From an uncultured Methanosarcinales archaeon (GTDB lineage Archaea > Nanobdellota > Nanobdellia > Woesearchaeales > GW2011-AR9): a stretch of DNA of 64,000 nucleotides. The position numbers were made by a program, and so were the translations under genes. Positions 18,469 to 27,896 of this stretch are shown in pieces; positions within the stretch are counted from its first letter, which is position 1; every line of letters starts with the position of its first letter. Where the stretch lies: contig CAYFMJ010000001.1 of the NCBI GenBank assembly GCA_964344235.1, forward strand, positions 160,001 to 224,000. Direction: 5' to 3'. The notes beneath the pieces are model-generated. The model was not told the origin of the DNA and ran no database searches. It was given only the letters and a program-made list of their open reading frames with translations.

Positions 18469-19650
18469 CTAGAACAATTTAACCAGTAACGGGAAAAATA
18501 AGTTTAGTAATAAAATTAGTAAAACGAATAAACTGACTTTTCTATATGTCGTTTCTCCTTTCTTTGAACCACGTAACTTGTGTAAAAAGACTTGTGCCAT
18601 TCTCCCTCCGTCAACAATTGGTAGTGGAAGGAGGTTGAATAGTCCAATACCTAAACTTAGAAGGAATAGCCACCGTAGGAAACCGTTGAACCAATCGAGT
18701 GAGTAGTAAATTGGATTCCAGATACCTTCTTGATATTGTGACTTCACTTCGAATTTGTTGTGGATGTTTTGAATCCCTAAAAATGGTTTCTTTGCGTTAT
18801 CTGGATTAGCTGCTAATGTTAAAGAAGTCGTTCCTTCAGGAGTTCCGATATCTATGACCTCTCCTGGCTTGAATGTTTGTAATTCATCATTAAATTCTTG
18901 GAAGCTGATTATTGGGACGCCGTTAATGGAATTGATAAGTGTTCCTGGTGCGATGTCTGCTTCAGCAAATGGTAGATTCTCATCAACATACGAATCAAAT
19001 GTAAATCCAGTTGGATCCACCATTGTTTGCTGTAATGGCATGAATGCGAAGTTGAGTAGGAGAAGGGCGATAAGTGCTAGTATAACGTTAGAGAATGCTC
19101 CTGCAGCGAGAACAGAGTATTGTTTGATATCACTTTGTTTGCGCAATTGCTTTTCGTGTGGCTCTACAAATGCTCCGATGATTGGACCGAAGAACACAAT
19201 CCCTGTGTTTTTCACTTTAACATTATGTGCTCTTGCGACAATTCCATGAGAGAACTCATGCACTACGGCAATAATGAAGATAGCAATTAACCAGTACCAG
19301 AATGGTAGAACACCTAACCCTGGAACGTTGATACCAGGAAGTACTAATGACACTCCAGAAACTGCTTCGGGGGAGATAATTAAATCGACGAGGTTTTTGA
19401 TTAAGACGTAGGAGATAAATGCTAAACCAATAAAGCCAATTCCTGCACCAATGTAACCAAGAAGAATTACCCATTCCCTATATCGGGTGGAGAACTTATC
19501 CATCCACTTTAGACCCAACTTCATCCGGTAGAGGAAAATGATTTTCGCTTGCACTTCAATCTTTTTTCTTTTAACAAATAGGAAAATGATTGCTACAACG
19601 TAGAACAGAATAACCCACTTGAAACGAATGATGAAGTCGAGAATTTCCAT
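18469..19650 (-). CDS. Site-2 protease (M50) with PDZ-like insert
   Basis: HEFSHG and FNLLPLPIVDGG motifs; multiple TM helices. Confidence 0.93.
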   Translation of the reverse strand: MEILDFIIRFKWVILFYVVAIIFLFVKRKKIEVQAKIIFLYRMKLGLKWMDKFSTRYREWVILLGYIGAGIGFIGLAFISYVLIKNLVDLIISPEAVSGVSLVLPGINVPGLGVLPFWYWLIAIFIIAVVHEFSHGIVARAHNVKVKNTGIVFFGPIIGAFVEPHEKQLRKQSDIKQYSVLAAGAFSNVILALIALLLLNFAFMPLQQTMVDPTGFTFDSYVDENLPFAEADIAPGTLINSINGVPIISFQEFNDELQTFKPGEVIDIGTPEGTTSLTLAANPDNAKKPFLGIQNIHNKFEVKSQYQEGIWNPIYYSLDWFNGFLRWLFLLSLGIGLFNLLPLPIVDGGRMAQVFLHKLRGSKKGETTYRKVSLFVLLILLLNLFFPLLVKLF

Positions 19651-19707
19651 GGTAAGAAGAACTTTCTAGCGGTTTTTAATTGTTTCCAAAAAATAAACAA
19701 AAAATCT

Positions 19708-19875
19708 CTATTTCTTTCGCTTTGGTCGGAGACTCTTGGTTCCCTGCTTGCCTCGTCCGCGGATCTTTCCTTGGGAAACTTTAAGCGGGTTTGCTCTAAT
19801 TTTCCGTTTGGTTTTCCGATCTACGAAAATGTTTTTCAGTAAGCGTGCTTCTGCTTCTTTGAATTTGGTTGCCAT
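19708..19875 (-). CDS. rpl40e: Ribosomal protein eL40 (L40e), cysteine-free variant; missed by the ORF track
   Basis: MATKFKEAEARLLKNIFVDRKTKRKIRANPLKVSQGKIRGRGKQGTKSLRPKRKK; EAEARL and LRPK termini match L40e. Confidence 0.8.
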   Translation of the reverse strand: MATKFKEAEARLLKNIFVDRKTKRKIRANPLKVSQGKIRGRGKQGTKSLRPKRKK

Positions 19876-19876
19876 G

Positions 19877-20269
19877 TTATTTTACCTGTCTAATTACGCG
19901 TGTTCCCACAAGTGTCCAGTATAATACTTCTGAACCTTCGTGGATTTGATCTTTGAATTCTGCCGGGATATCGATGTCAAATGTTTCATACGATTCCATG
20001 TCCATGACATTTGCTGTGTTGCCAGCAACGGAAAGGACTTGCGCAGTTTTCTTTTCAATGATTGGAACTTCAACTTTATCATGACCCGGCATGACTAATT
20101 GTCGTTTTTTACCATCAAGCATGCCCACAGCCATTAAGTTTACCTTCGCATGGCCGTGTTTTCCCGGTCGGGACGTACTCATGTCTGAGATTTTACAGGG
20201 AGCGTTATCGATGATGATTGTGTCTCCTTTCTTTAAACTTCCAATACTTACTAGTTTTCGTTCGTCCAT
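19877..20269 (-). CDS. eif5a: Translation factor aIF-5A
   Basis: GKHGHAK hypusine motif. Confidence 0.97.
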   Translation of the reverse strand: MDERKLVSIGSLKKGDTIIIDNAPCKISDMSTSRPGKHGHAKVNLMAVGMLDGKKRQLVMPGHDKVEVPIIEKKTAQVLSVAGNTANVMDMESYETFDIDIPAEFKDQIHEGSEVLYWTLVGTRVIRQVK

Positions 20270-20289
20270 TTCAAAACCACCTATGATTA

Positions 20290-20499
20290 TTATTTGACAG
20301 CTAAGCGGATATCTTTTTCCGTCACTGTTTTCCTGCCAGCATGTTCAGCAAAGCGTTTCGCTTCAGCGGAAATTTCAAGAGCTTTCTTCTCAAGTTCTTC
20401 CGCCAATGCAGCTTTTGCATCGTCACTTACTCGCAGAGCACCCGCATCGCGCATGATTTTGTCCATTGCGTTATGGGATAAAAACCTCTTTTTCACCAT
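20290..20499 (-). CDS. Archaeal histone (HMf-like)
   Basis: IMRDAGALRVSDDAK...AEHAGRKTVTEKDI histone fold. Confidence 0.95.
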   Translation of the reverse strand: MVKKRFLSHNAMDKIMRDAGALRVSDDAKAALAEELEKKALEISAEAKRFAEHAGRKTVTEKDIRLAVK

Positions 20500-20540
20500 T
20501 TAGAGCTAATATTGGGGGTTGTTTTTAAATGTTCCGTTGT

Positions 20541-21206
20541 TTAGAAGAAGTGATCCCAAAAGCCACGTGGCTTCTTTTTTTGTCTAATGATTTGAGAAAT
20601 CTGTTTTTCAATTAACTGGTGATTGGGATATCGCCGCTCATCTTGTCGGAATTCTCGTGAATGATAGGAACTTCGGCCGTTTTTTTGCTTAAATTTATGG
20701 TGTTTATGCAGCATTTCATGGTATATAATGTAATCAAGTACTTCCTGTGGGGCATCTTGAAAGATAGAGGAAACGAGAATGGTATCGTTGTGAAAGTTGT
20801 AATGAGCCAATTTTCTAAAAGCGGCTTTTCCCCATTCTAAATTGGGTTTTTCTAACTGGTTATCGAGGAATTGCTCGTTCATACGATTGAATGAGGCTTC
20901 TAATACTGGATGAGTTTTAGTTTTTGGAGTTAAAATAGGAATGTTTTTGATGAAATTGTTGTATAATTCAATGTTTTGTGTATGGCGTTTTGATTTGAAC
21001 AGACGTGTTAGGAGGTGTTGGATCAAGCCAATCTTAATTTCTTCATCAATGTCCTTCCATTGGAGGTTAAGGTTAACTTGAATGGTGTGATTTCTCAAAG
21101 AAATGTTGGCGTTAAATGGCCCTAACCGTCTGTTGTATTCTAATTTTGTTTGGTAGGTAGAAGGTTTTTGGAAGAGTTGCTCATAAGATTTGGTGATGAG
21201 GGGCAT
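20541..21206 (-). CDS. SprT-like/DUF45 zinc metallopeptidase domain protein
   Basis: DYIIYHEMLH (HExxH) and YHSREF. Confidence 0.8.
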   Translation of the reverse strand: MPLITKSYEQLFQKPSTYQTKLEYNRRLGPFNANISLRNHTIQVNLNLQWKDIDEEIKIGLIQHLLTRLFKSKRHTQNIELYNNFIKNIPILTPKTKTHPVLEASFNRMNEQFLDNQLEKPNLEWGKAAFRKLAHYNFHNDTILVSSIFQDAPQEVLDYIIYHEMLHKHHKFKQKNGRSSYHSREFRQDERRYPNHQLIEKQISQIIRQKKKPRGFWDHFF

Positions 21207-22306
21207 TATTCTACTTCATACCTCAGAATAGCAGCAATCTTTCCTAAATCACGCAGTTGAACTCCTTCCCGTGTTTCTGTAGAAATAATCTTAACAGTTG
21301 CTCCACTTTCTTCTGCTTTCTCTTCTAATTCAAAGATGATATCTTCATCCAATTCTTCTGATAAGAGAAGTGTATCGACAGCGGCCATGTCAAGCGCTTT
21401 CCGTGTTTCAGCATCTCCGTATGTTACTTTCTTTGGAGTGTCGCGGAAGGTGTTGAAGAATTTGTTCATCATTTGTTTTTCCTGGGCAATCTCTTCTTCT
21501 GCGAGTAAATCGGAAGATTTGTCAAGCAGTTCTTGTAAACCAAATTCTCCAGTATAAGAGAGGTCTTTTGTCCCAATAATTTTTTTCTTTAGATCTCCCG
21601 TAAGGTATTCTTTATTCATGAAGTCTCCTACAGTCGTTCCGGGACCGCCAATGATGATACCTTTCAAATGGTTGCCTAAATGGAGAAATTGTTCTTTCAT
21701 ATGTTCAGCGATTTTTTTGAAGTGTTCTTTATACGCTCCCTCTCGTTGTCTGGCGAACCTCTGAGCGGATTGACCTCCCGCTTTGAATTTTCCAGGGACT
21801 TCGGAGTGAGTTTTCTTTAGTGGAATGATTGTTTTTCCCTTGAGTAGGGCGATGTTTGCGTCACGTCTGTCAAGAACGACTAAACCGTATGCGTCGTGTT
21901 CGACAAGCATTTCTTCCAGGGCATCTGTGACGAAGATTTTGTCACACCGATAAATACGTTGGTTTAAGGCGATAGGTGGTTCAATGCTCCAGACGCGCAT
22001 GTCTTGCTTTCCTTCTGCTGCTGCAACGTTTCCTGCGAATGCGATAAGACCGTGAGGTGGTGTTTTGCCGACAGTACGGAGATGTTGAATCATTTTTTCT
22101 AATGCTCCTTGTACATTTTTCCTCGTAACAGCTGATTTGATGTTTGATGCAGTTCCTTGTTCCTCAGCTAAGTGTTGGATAATCTTTGTGAGGTCATATC
22201 CTGCTGGAACATAGACTGTTACAAACTCTGTGTGAGGCGCTCTGTGGCTCTTCACGTCCTTAAGCATTTTCTTCATTTGAAGTTTCTGCTGTGCTGTTAA
22301 TGCCAT
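21206..22306 (-). CDS. prf1: Peptide chain release factor aRF1
   Basis: NIKS and GGQ motifs, YRCD. Confidence 0.97.
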   Translation of the reverse strand: MALTAQQKLQMKKMLKDVKSHRAPHTEFVTVYVPAGYDLTKIIQHLAEEQGTASNIKSAVTRKNVQGALEKMIQHLRTVGKTPPHGLIAFAGNVAAAEGKQDMRVWSIEPPIALNQRIYRCDKIFVTDALEEMLVEHDAYGLVVLDRRDANIALLKGKTIIPLKKTHSEVPGKFKAGGQSAQRFARQREGAYKEHFKKIAEHMKEQFLHLGNHLKGIIIGGPGTTVGDFMNKEYLTGDLKKKIIGTKDLSYTGEFGLQELLDKSSDLLAEEEIAQEKQMMNKFFNTFRDTPKKVTYGDAETRKALDMAAVDTLLLSEELDEDIIFELEEKAEESGATVKIISTETREGVQLRDLGKIAAILRYEVE

Positions 22307-22377
22307 ACGAATCCGTTGTTGGGGGTGTTTTAAAAGGTTTGTGTTGATACAGAATGAAATAAAGAAAAATAAAAAAC

Positions 22378-22827
22378 TTACATGAAGCTGTTAACCATGT
22401 CTAGAAGTTTCTGATGGTTTTCCTGGTCTTGCATGATCTTACTTCGTGCGTCAGCTAAATTCCCTAGTAAGCCATCTGTATCGGACATGATATTGTACTT
22501 TTGTAGGTCAGCAGCATTTTCCGTTGTGAAGGCTTCAAATGCTTCTAGATCAGCAATGAATTGATCGAGATCAGCGATGTAGACTTCAAGTTCTGCTGCC
22601 AGTGCTGTAAGTGTTTCATCAGAAATTTCATCTTCTTCCTCAAATGTTTGTTTGAGTGTTGCTAGTTCTGTGTAATCGTTCTCAATCGCGTTATCCCATG
22701 CTTGGAATGTTTGGTGGTGGTTGTTAAATGCTGCTTGTAGTTCTGGGTTTGTTTCAGTGCTACCACAGCCAGCTACAATGAGACTTAAAGCAATTGTTAC
22801 AATTATTACAATGTGTGTTCTGTTCAT
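22378..22827 (-). CDS. Putative lipoprotein, acidic helical
   Basis: Lipobox LIVAG|CGS after a hydrophobic stretch. Confidence 0.7.
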   Translation of the reverse strand: MNRTHIVIIVTIALSLIVAGCGSTETNPELQAAFNNHHQTFQAWDNAIENDYTELATLKQTFEEEDEISDETLTALAAELEVYIADLDQFIADLEAFEAFTTENAADLQKYNIMSDTDGLLGNLADARSKIMQDQENHQKLLDMVNSFM

Positions 22828-22838
22828 GTATATTCCTC

Positions 22839-23876
22839 CTATTGTGTATCTATCGCAGTTTTTGTTGCGATGCGATCGTCAAGTTCGTCTTGTGAAATGG
22901 TAATGAGTTTTTCCATGTCGGCAGCGTAGCCATCAATCTCAGTTGCGCCAAGCTGTTTAATTTCTGCGTTATTTTGGTCAATGAATGATTTGAATTCTTG
23001 TAAATGGTCGATGTAACCTTCAAGGTCGTTGATTCTTGTGTCAAGAAGTTGTTTGAATAATTCTGCGTCTTCGTTTGCAGGATCTTCATTTACTTTGTTG
23101 ATATAATCTGCAAGATCGTTGAGACTTGATTTAACTATGTCTGCCCATTCGTCGGACTGTTCTAGGTAATTCGTGTACGTATCTTGGATGTCTGCGAGTT
23201 CTTCGTTAGAATATTGGTCATCAGCGTCTGTGGGTAGGGAAGGTGGTGTGCCTGAAGCAACCGGCTGTTGCGGTTCTGTTGAGAATTGGCAGTCGTCTTT
23301 TACTTTCACTGCTAACCCTAGGCCTTTGATGTCATCCGCAATACTGTCTTCGTTATTAATGATGTCGCCTTCCCAACCAAGTTGTTGCCATGTTTGATCG
23401 TAAGGGTTCCAGACAAATGTTTTGAGGACATCACAGGTTCCCTCGTTTAATCTCCCCTGAGAGAATTCAGGAAGCGTTGTAATAAGATTCCACCCTTGTG
23501 AGAGTTTAATTATGTCTGGGATAGCCATGGTGTAGGAAACTTTTGCACCTGTTGACTTTCTAAGGTATACCCAGGAAGGAGAAATGTGTACGTAATCTGT
23601 TGCTGAGATTGAAGAGTCGTCTGTTAATTCTTTGTAGCTGTTCTTGTTAGACTCATAGAGGTATCGTGTTTTACCCCAATATTTCGGTGTGTTGTGAATA
23701 CTCTTACTGTAATCGTCAATGTCTTCTTCGTTTATTGCAATATGCGGAAGTGCATGTTCAGGAAGGAGGTTCCATCCTCGTTGAATATCCATGGTGAATG
23801 TTGTTGTTTCCGCCAATGCAGTTGTTGTGAGAAAAATTGTTGCAAGAAGTAGGGAAGTAAATAATTTTGAATTCAT
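22839..23876 (-). CDS. Secreted/cell-surface protein with GWNL repeats and an acidic helical C-terminal domain
   Basis: Signal TTTALA|E; QRGWNLL and SQGWNLI; Pro-rich linker. Confidence 0.65.
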   Translation of the reverse strand: MNSKLFTSLLLATIFLTTTALAETTTFTMDIQRGWNLLPEHALPHIAINEEDIDDYSKSIHNTPKYWGKTRYLYESNKNSYKELTDDSSISATDYVHISPSWVYLRKSTGAKVSYTMAIPDIIKLSQGWNLITTLPEFSQGRLNEGTCDVLKTFVWNPYDQTWQQLGWEGDIINNEDSIADDIKGLGLAVKVKDDCQFSTEPQQPVASGTPPSLPTDADDQYSNEELADIQDTYTNYLEQSDEWADIVKSSLNDLADYINKVNEDPANEDAELFKQLLDTRINDLEGYIDHLQEFKSFIDQNNAEIKQLGATEIDGYAADMEKLITISQDELDDRIATKTAIDTQ

Positions 23877-23878
23877 GG

Positions 23879-24067
23879 CTAGTCCTCCGGTAACGGTGGC
23901 GGCGCGCTTGGTTCAGGAAGAAGGTCGGAATCATCGCTGCTTTCTCCGTACTCTGTGTTAGAGTTGTCAGATGTTGCGGGTTGATCAGTTGTGATGTCAC
24001 CGCAACCTGTAATAAATGTCAAGAGAACCAGTGCAAGTATTGTAACTGTTGCAATTTTGTGTACCAT
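23879..24067 (-). CDS. Small putative lipoprotein with disordered acidic/Pro tail
   Basis: LVLLTFITG|CGD; APPPLPED C-terminus. Confidence 0.6.
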   Translation of the reverse strand: MVHKIATVTILALVLLTFITGCGDITTDQPATSDNSNTEYGESSDDSDLLPEPSAPPPLPED

Positions 24068-24109
24068 GGGCACAGGCGATAGAACACGAAGGAGTATAAA
24101 AAGGTTGTG

Positions 24110-24589
24110 TTACAACACTTTCTGTATTTTGGAAAGAAATCCCTTTTGTGTAATGCGTTTTGCAGTGTCAAATGTGATTGTGTTTTTGTGTTTCTGTTGT
24201 GCTTCCAGTAAGCAGACTTGAAAGATTTCTGCATCGAGATTCTCTCGTATCTTCTTTTTTGAGTATTTACGTTCTTTAAGCCTTTTTTCTAGTTTTTTAA
24301 GATTAGAGCAAGTGAGGATAACGCAAAGATTAACAAGTTTTTTAGGTAGTAAATGGGAGATGTGTGAGTCAAGAACGATGTGTTTGTGTCGCTTTTGGGT
24401 TTTCTTGAGGAGAGCTTCTACTTTTTTCATATCAAGATCGTAGCATTGTTTTTTTCTGTTGTAATGTGTTGAGAGTTGTTTATAATGTGGGTGAAGATCT
24501 AAATGGAAGGATTGTAGTTTTTTTTCTATTAATTTTGCGAGTGTTGTTTTTCCAGTTCCGGGAGTGCCAGTAATAATGATTGTGGCCAT
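24110..24589 (-). CDS. Adenylate kinase, AK6/Fap7-type
   Basis: GTPGTGKTT, VLDSH, RLKERKYSKKKIRENLDAEI. Confidence 0.9.
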   Translation of the reverse strand: MATIIITGTPGTGKTTLAKLIEKKLQSFHLDLHPHYKQLSTHYNRKKQCYDLDMKKVEALLKKTQKRHKHIVLDSHISHLLPKKLVNLCVILTCSNLKKLEKRLKERKYSKKKIRENLDAEIFQVCLLEAQQKHKNTITFDTAKRITQKGFLSKIQKVL

Positions 24590-24619
24590 AGTTGGGAAAT
24601 AGAAAAGAGAATTATAAAC

Positions 24620-26356
24620 TTATGCTTCGTTTCGTTTGCGCTTTTTATCTTTCTGGCGATGTTTTCGATGATGGTGGCGTAAGAATTTCTCCATTAAATG
24701 TTTGTGCATGACGCTTTCAATAATTAAGATAATGACAAAGAGAACGACCGCATATCCTAACAGGTAACTGAGGTTGACCCAGACATCCACTAATGATGCT
24801 TTGAAAATGAATACTTCTCTAATGAGTGTTTCTGCGATCACGAAAGGATTGAATTTGACGATGTCTTGAACGAATGGAGCGATTCCTTCGAGTGGAAGAA
24901 TAACACCTGATAGGAACAGATGGATACTTCCAAGTGAAATAGAAGCGAGGATACCTGTTTCTTCCGATGAGAAGATATAGCCAACGGCCATTCCGAAGAA
25001 GATGAAGACGGATGAAGTGATGAATAAAATCAATGCAATCGCGGGGAATTGTGCAAGAGAATCTTGCAGGAAGAATAAAGAGATGCCGAGAATCACAGCA
25101 AGTTGGATTAGTGTAAGGATAATGTTGGTTAGGTAGACAGATGTAATGAACGTGACTTTGCGTACCGGGACAAAGAAGTTTCGTAAGAACGCAGGACTAT
25201 GTCGCTCCATGAGTACTAGAGTTGTTCCAAGTAGGAGTGAGGAGAACATAACAACGAGGATTAAGATTGCTGGGAAGAGATAGTTAAGGTAGGTACTCTC
25301 TTCACTTACTGTTTCGACTCTGGAGATTAAAGGAGCTGAGATTGTACTGGAGTCAGTTACTTTTTGTGATTCTAAATTTGCTTGGATGGTTTGTAGTGCA
25401 GCTTCCACAGCTGAGAGGTGGCCACTTGTTTCAGCGAGTGCAGCGTTAACTGCGTCGAGATTTTCGTTCGTTGTGCCGATTGCAGCGGAGGCTGCTGAAA
25501 GTTTTTCCCGTGTTTGGGTAAGGTCTTCTTTAAGACTGCCAATTAAACTTCCTACGCTATCTGTGCCGTTTCCACTCAAAGTGTCAAGAACGCCATCAAG
25601 TTTACTGTTGGCATCGTTTAAGAGGTCTTTAATTTCTTTCTGTTGTTCTTTGTCATCAACAGCCGCGTTGATAGAACCGATTACAGTGTCAATCAGACCT
25701 TGGGCTTCTTCAACGTCTTCATCGATGTTGTCAACGACTGAAGTGTTATAGTCTTCGCCTGATGTTGAAGTGTCAACGCTGGCAAGTGTGGTTTGTGAAG
25801 AAGAAGTTGCATCTGTTGCTGCCGCTGCTTGTTCTTTTGCTGCGGTAATGTCTGCTTGCTTTTCAGCAATGGTGTTTTTAGTGTCAACAAGTTGTGTTAC
25901 GATATTGCCTGTTAATTCTTCGGAGATTTCTTGCGCTTTAATGTTGAATTTTTTTTGTACAGTGTCCTGAATGGAACCAACAATATTAACTCGGCTTGGG
26001 TCAACATGGAAGACAATTTCTTTTGGACTATTTTCTTCTATTGCAAAACTGCTGGGGAGCTCTACACATGTATTGACGGTGTTACTTTTAATGTGGTTGA
26101 CACAATCATCAATTGAATCGGCATATCTTGTAATGGTAAATTCTTCCTCTTCTAGTAACGTGATGAAGGACTCTACATCGTCGCTGAATTCTGGAGCATG
26201 TACACCAATATTAAGACTAAATTGCGAGGATGTGTTAAATGAAAGCCCTAATAGGAGAATGATTAACAACGGTGCGAAGATAACTATCAGTGCTGATCCT
26301 TTCGCTCGCACTAGTAAGCGGAGGTTTTTGATGGTCAATAACCAAAGTGATGCCAT
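24620..26356 (-). CDS. ABC-2 type permease with long extracellular coiled coil (YhgE/Pip-like)
   Basis: One N-terminal TM, A/T/S-rich heptad region, six C-terminal TMs with FLSGVILPLE. Confidence 0.85.
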   Translation of the reverse strand: MASLWLLTIKNLRLLVRAKGSALIVIFAPLLIILLLGLSFNTSSQFSLNIGVHAPEFSDDVESFITLLEEEEFTITRYADSIDDCVNHIKSNTVNTCVELPSSFAIEENSPKEIVFHVDPSRVNIVGSIQDTVQKKFNIKAQEISEELTGNIVTQLVDTKNTIAEKQADITAAKEQAAAATDATSSSQTTLASVDTSTSGEDYNTSVVDNIDEDVEEAQGLIDTVIGSINAAVDDKEQQKEIKDLLNDANSKLDGVLDTLSGNGTDSVGSLIGSLKEDLTQTREKLSAASAAIGTTNENLDAVNAALAETSGHLSAVEAALQTIQANLESQKVTDSSTISAPLISRVETVSEESTYLNYLFPAILILVVMFSSLLLGTTLVLMERHSPAFLRNFFVPVRKVTFITSVYLTNIILTLIQLAVILGISLFFLQDSLAQFPAIALILFITSSVFIFFGMAVGYIFSSEETGILASISLGSIHLFLSGVILPLEGIAPFVQDIVKFNPFVIAETLIREVFIFKASLVDVWVNLSYLLGYAVVLFVIILIIESVMHKHLMEKFLRHHHRKHRQKDKKRKRNEA

Positions 26357-26376
26357 TGTGATAGATGTTTTTTTGT

Positions 26377-27324
26377 TTATTTTTTTGCTAATACTATTTT
26401 TTCAAACACTTCGTTTAACGAAGGACGACGCATGTCCATTTCATGTAAATAGAGGTTCTCTTCTTTGATAATCGTGATAAGATCGGTGATGGTTTTTTCA
26501 ACATGTTTTGGGTAGACTACTAATTTTCTTCCTTTGTCCACAATTTTTTTAATAGGTAGTGTTTTAAGTCTCTCAATAAGATGCTCTTTTTCCTCTCCTG
26601 GATGAACATTAATGGTGATGTGGTCTTTGAAGAATGGTTTCTGCACTTCTTTCATCGCGCCACTGGTGTGAACTTGACCATTATGGACAATTGCTACCTT
26701 ATTACAGAGATGTTCAATACTGTCTAAATGGTGGGATGCGATAACAATGGAAATCCCCTGTTTGTTTACTTCTTTTAGTAAGTGAATGATTTCTTTCTGT
26801 AAAATTGGATCTAAATCGGCAGTTGGCTCGTCTAGTACAAGGATTTTTGGTTTGTGAATTAAGCTACAAGAAATATCAAGCCGCTTTTGCATTCCTCCTG
26901 AGAGGTTGTCTGCTAACATGTCTTTAAAATCAATTAAACGGGTGAAGTTAAGTAGGTTTTTGATGTTCGTTTTTAATCTGTCCATTGGGACTTTGTACAA
27001 TCTGCCGAAATGTAACAAGTTTTCTTCTACTGTTAATTTGTGATAGAATGAATTATGTTGCGGCGTGAAGCCAATGTGGCTTTTAATTTTGCTAAGGTGT
27101 TTGTGTAAATCTTTTGGTTCATCTGTTGGTTTCAATTTTACGTTAATGGTTCCGTCTGTTGGTTCGATGAATCCAGCGAAAAGATTGAGGAGTGTTGTTT
27201 TTCCACTACCTGATTGACCAATGATGCCAAGAATGTCGCCTTCGTTTAATGTGAGGTTAACGTTATCGAGAATCTTACGTTTACCGTACTCTTTCGTCAC
27301 CTCTTTTAAGTCCAGTAATTTCAC
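26377..27324 (-). CDS. ABC transporter ATP-binding protein
   Basis: GQSGSGKTT, LSGGMQKR, LDEPT, SHH; GTG start. Confidence 0.95.
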   Translation of the reverse strand: MKLLDLKEVTKEYGKRKILDNVNLTLNEGDILGIIGQSGSGKTTLLNLFAGFIEPTDGTINVKLKPTDEPKDLHKHLSKIKSHIGFTPQHNSFYHKLTVEENLLHFGRLYKVPMDRLKTNIKNLLNFTRLIDFKDMLADNLSGGMQKRLDISCSLIHKPKILVLDEPTADLDPILQKEIIHLLKEVNKQGISIVIASHHLDSIEHLCNKVAIVHNGQVHTSGAMKEVQKPFFKDHITINVHPGEEKEHLIERLKTLPIKKIVDKGRKLVVYPKHVEKTITDLITIIKEENLYLHEMDMRRPSLNEVFEKIVLAKK

Positions 27325-27432
27325 GTCTTTTGTAAATCAGAAATAGTTTATAAATGTTTGGGGGTAATGGTGTTTCTATCTTTTGGCTTTAGTTCCTAAA
27401 TTCTTTTAAAGTTGTTCGCTCTTTCTTACCTC

Positions 27433-27848
27433 ATGAGAATTGGTGTTATTGGAAGTATGCAATTTACTGAAAAAATGCTTGAGGCCTGTGAAACGTTGAG
27501 GTCTTTTGGCCATGATGCGTTTGTTACAGACCTACATACTCCTTTTATTGGAAAATCGGATGAAGAAAAAGAAGAAATTAAACTTCATCAGAAGAACAAC
27601 ATGGATGCAATCAGGGAATTTTGGCATAAAATGCACAAGGTGCTGATGCAGTTCTTGTTCTGAATTATGATAAGCATGGCGTCCCAAACTATATTGGGGG
27701 TAACACTTTAATGGAGATTGGTTTTGCGCATGTTCTGAATCAGAAAATCTTTTTATTAAATCCAATACCGGACATTAGGTTCTATAAGACCGAAATTGAG
27801 GCAGTTAAGCCAGTGATCTTACATGGTGATTTATCTAAAATAGAATAA
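27433..27848 (+). pseudogene. Nucleoside 2-deoxyribosyltransferase-like protein, frameshifted near 27636
   Basis: MRIGVIGSMQF...; the shifted frame continues QGADAVLVLNYDKHGVPNYIGGNTLMEIGFAHVLNQKIFLLNPIP...GDLSKIE to TAA 27848. Confidence 0.75.
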
Positions 27849-27896
27849 CGAACCTGATCACAATCTTTAAATAAGAAGGGTAGTAGGAGAGATAGA

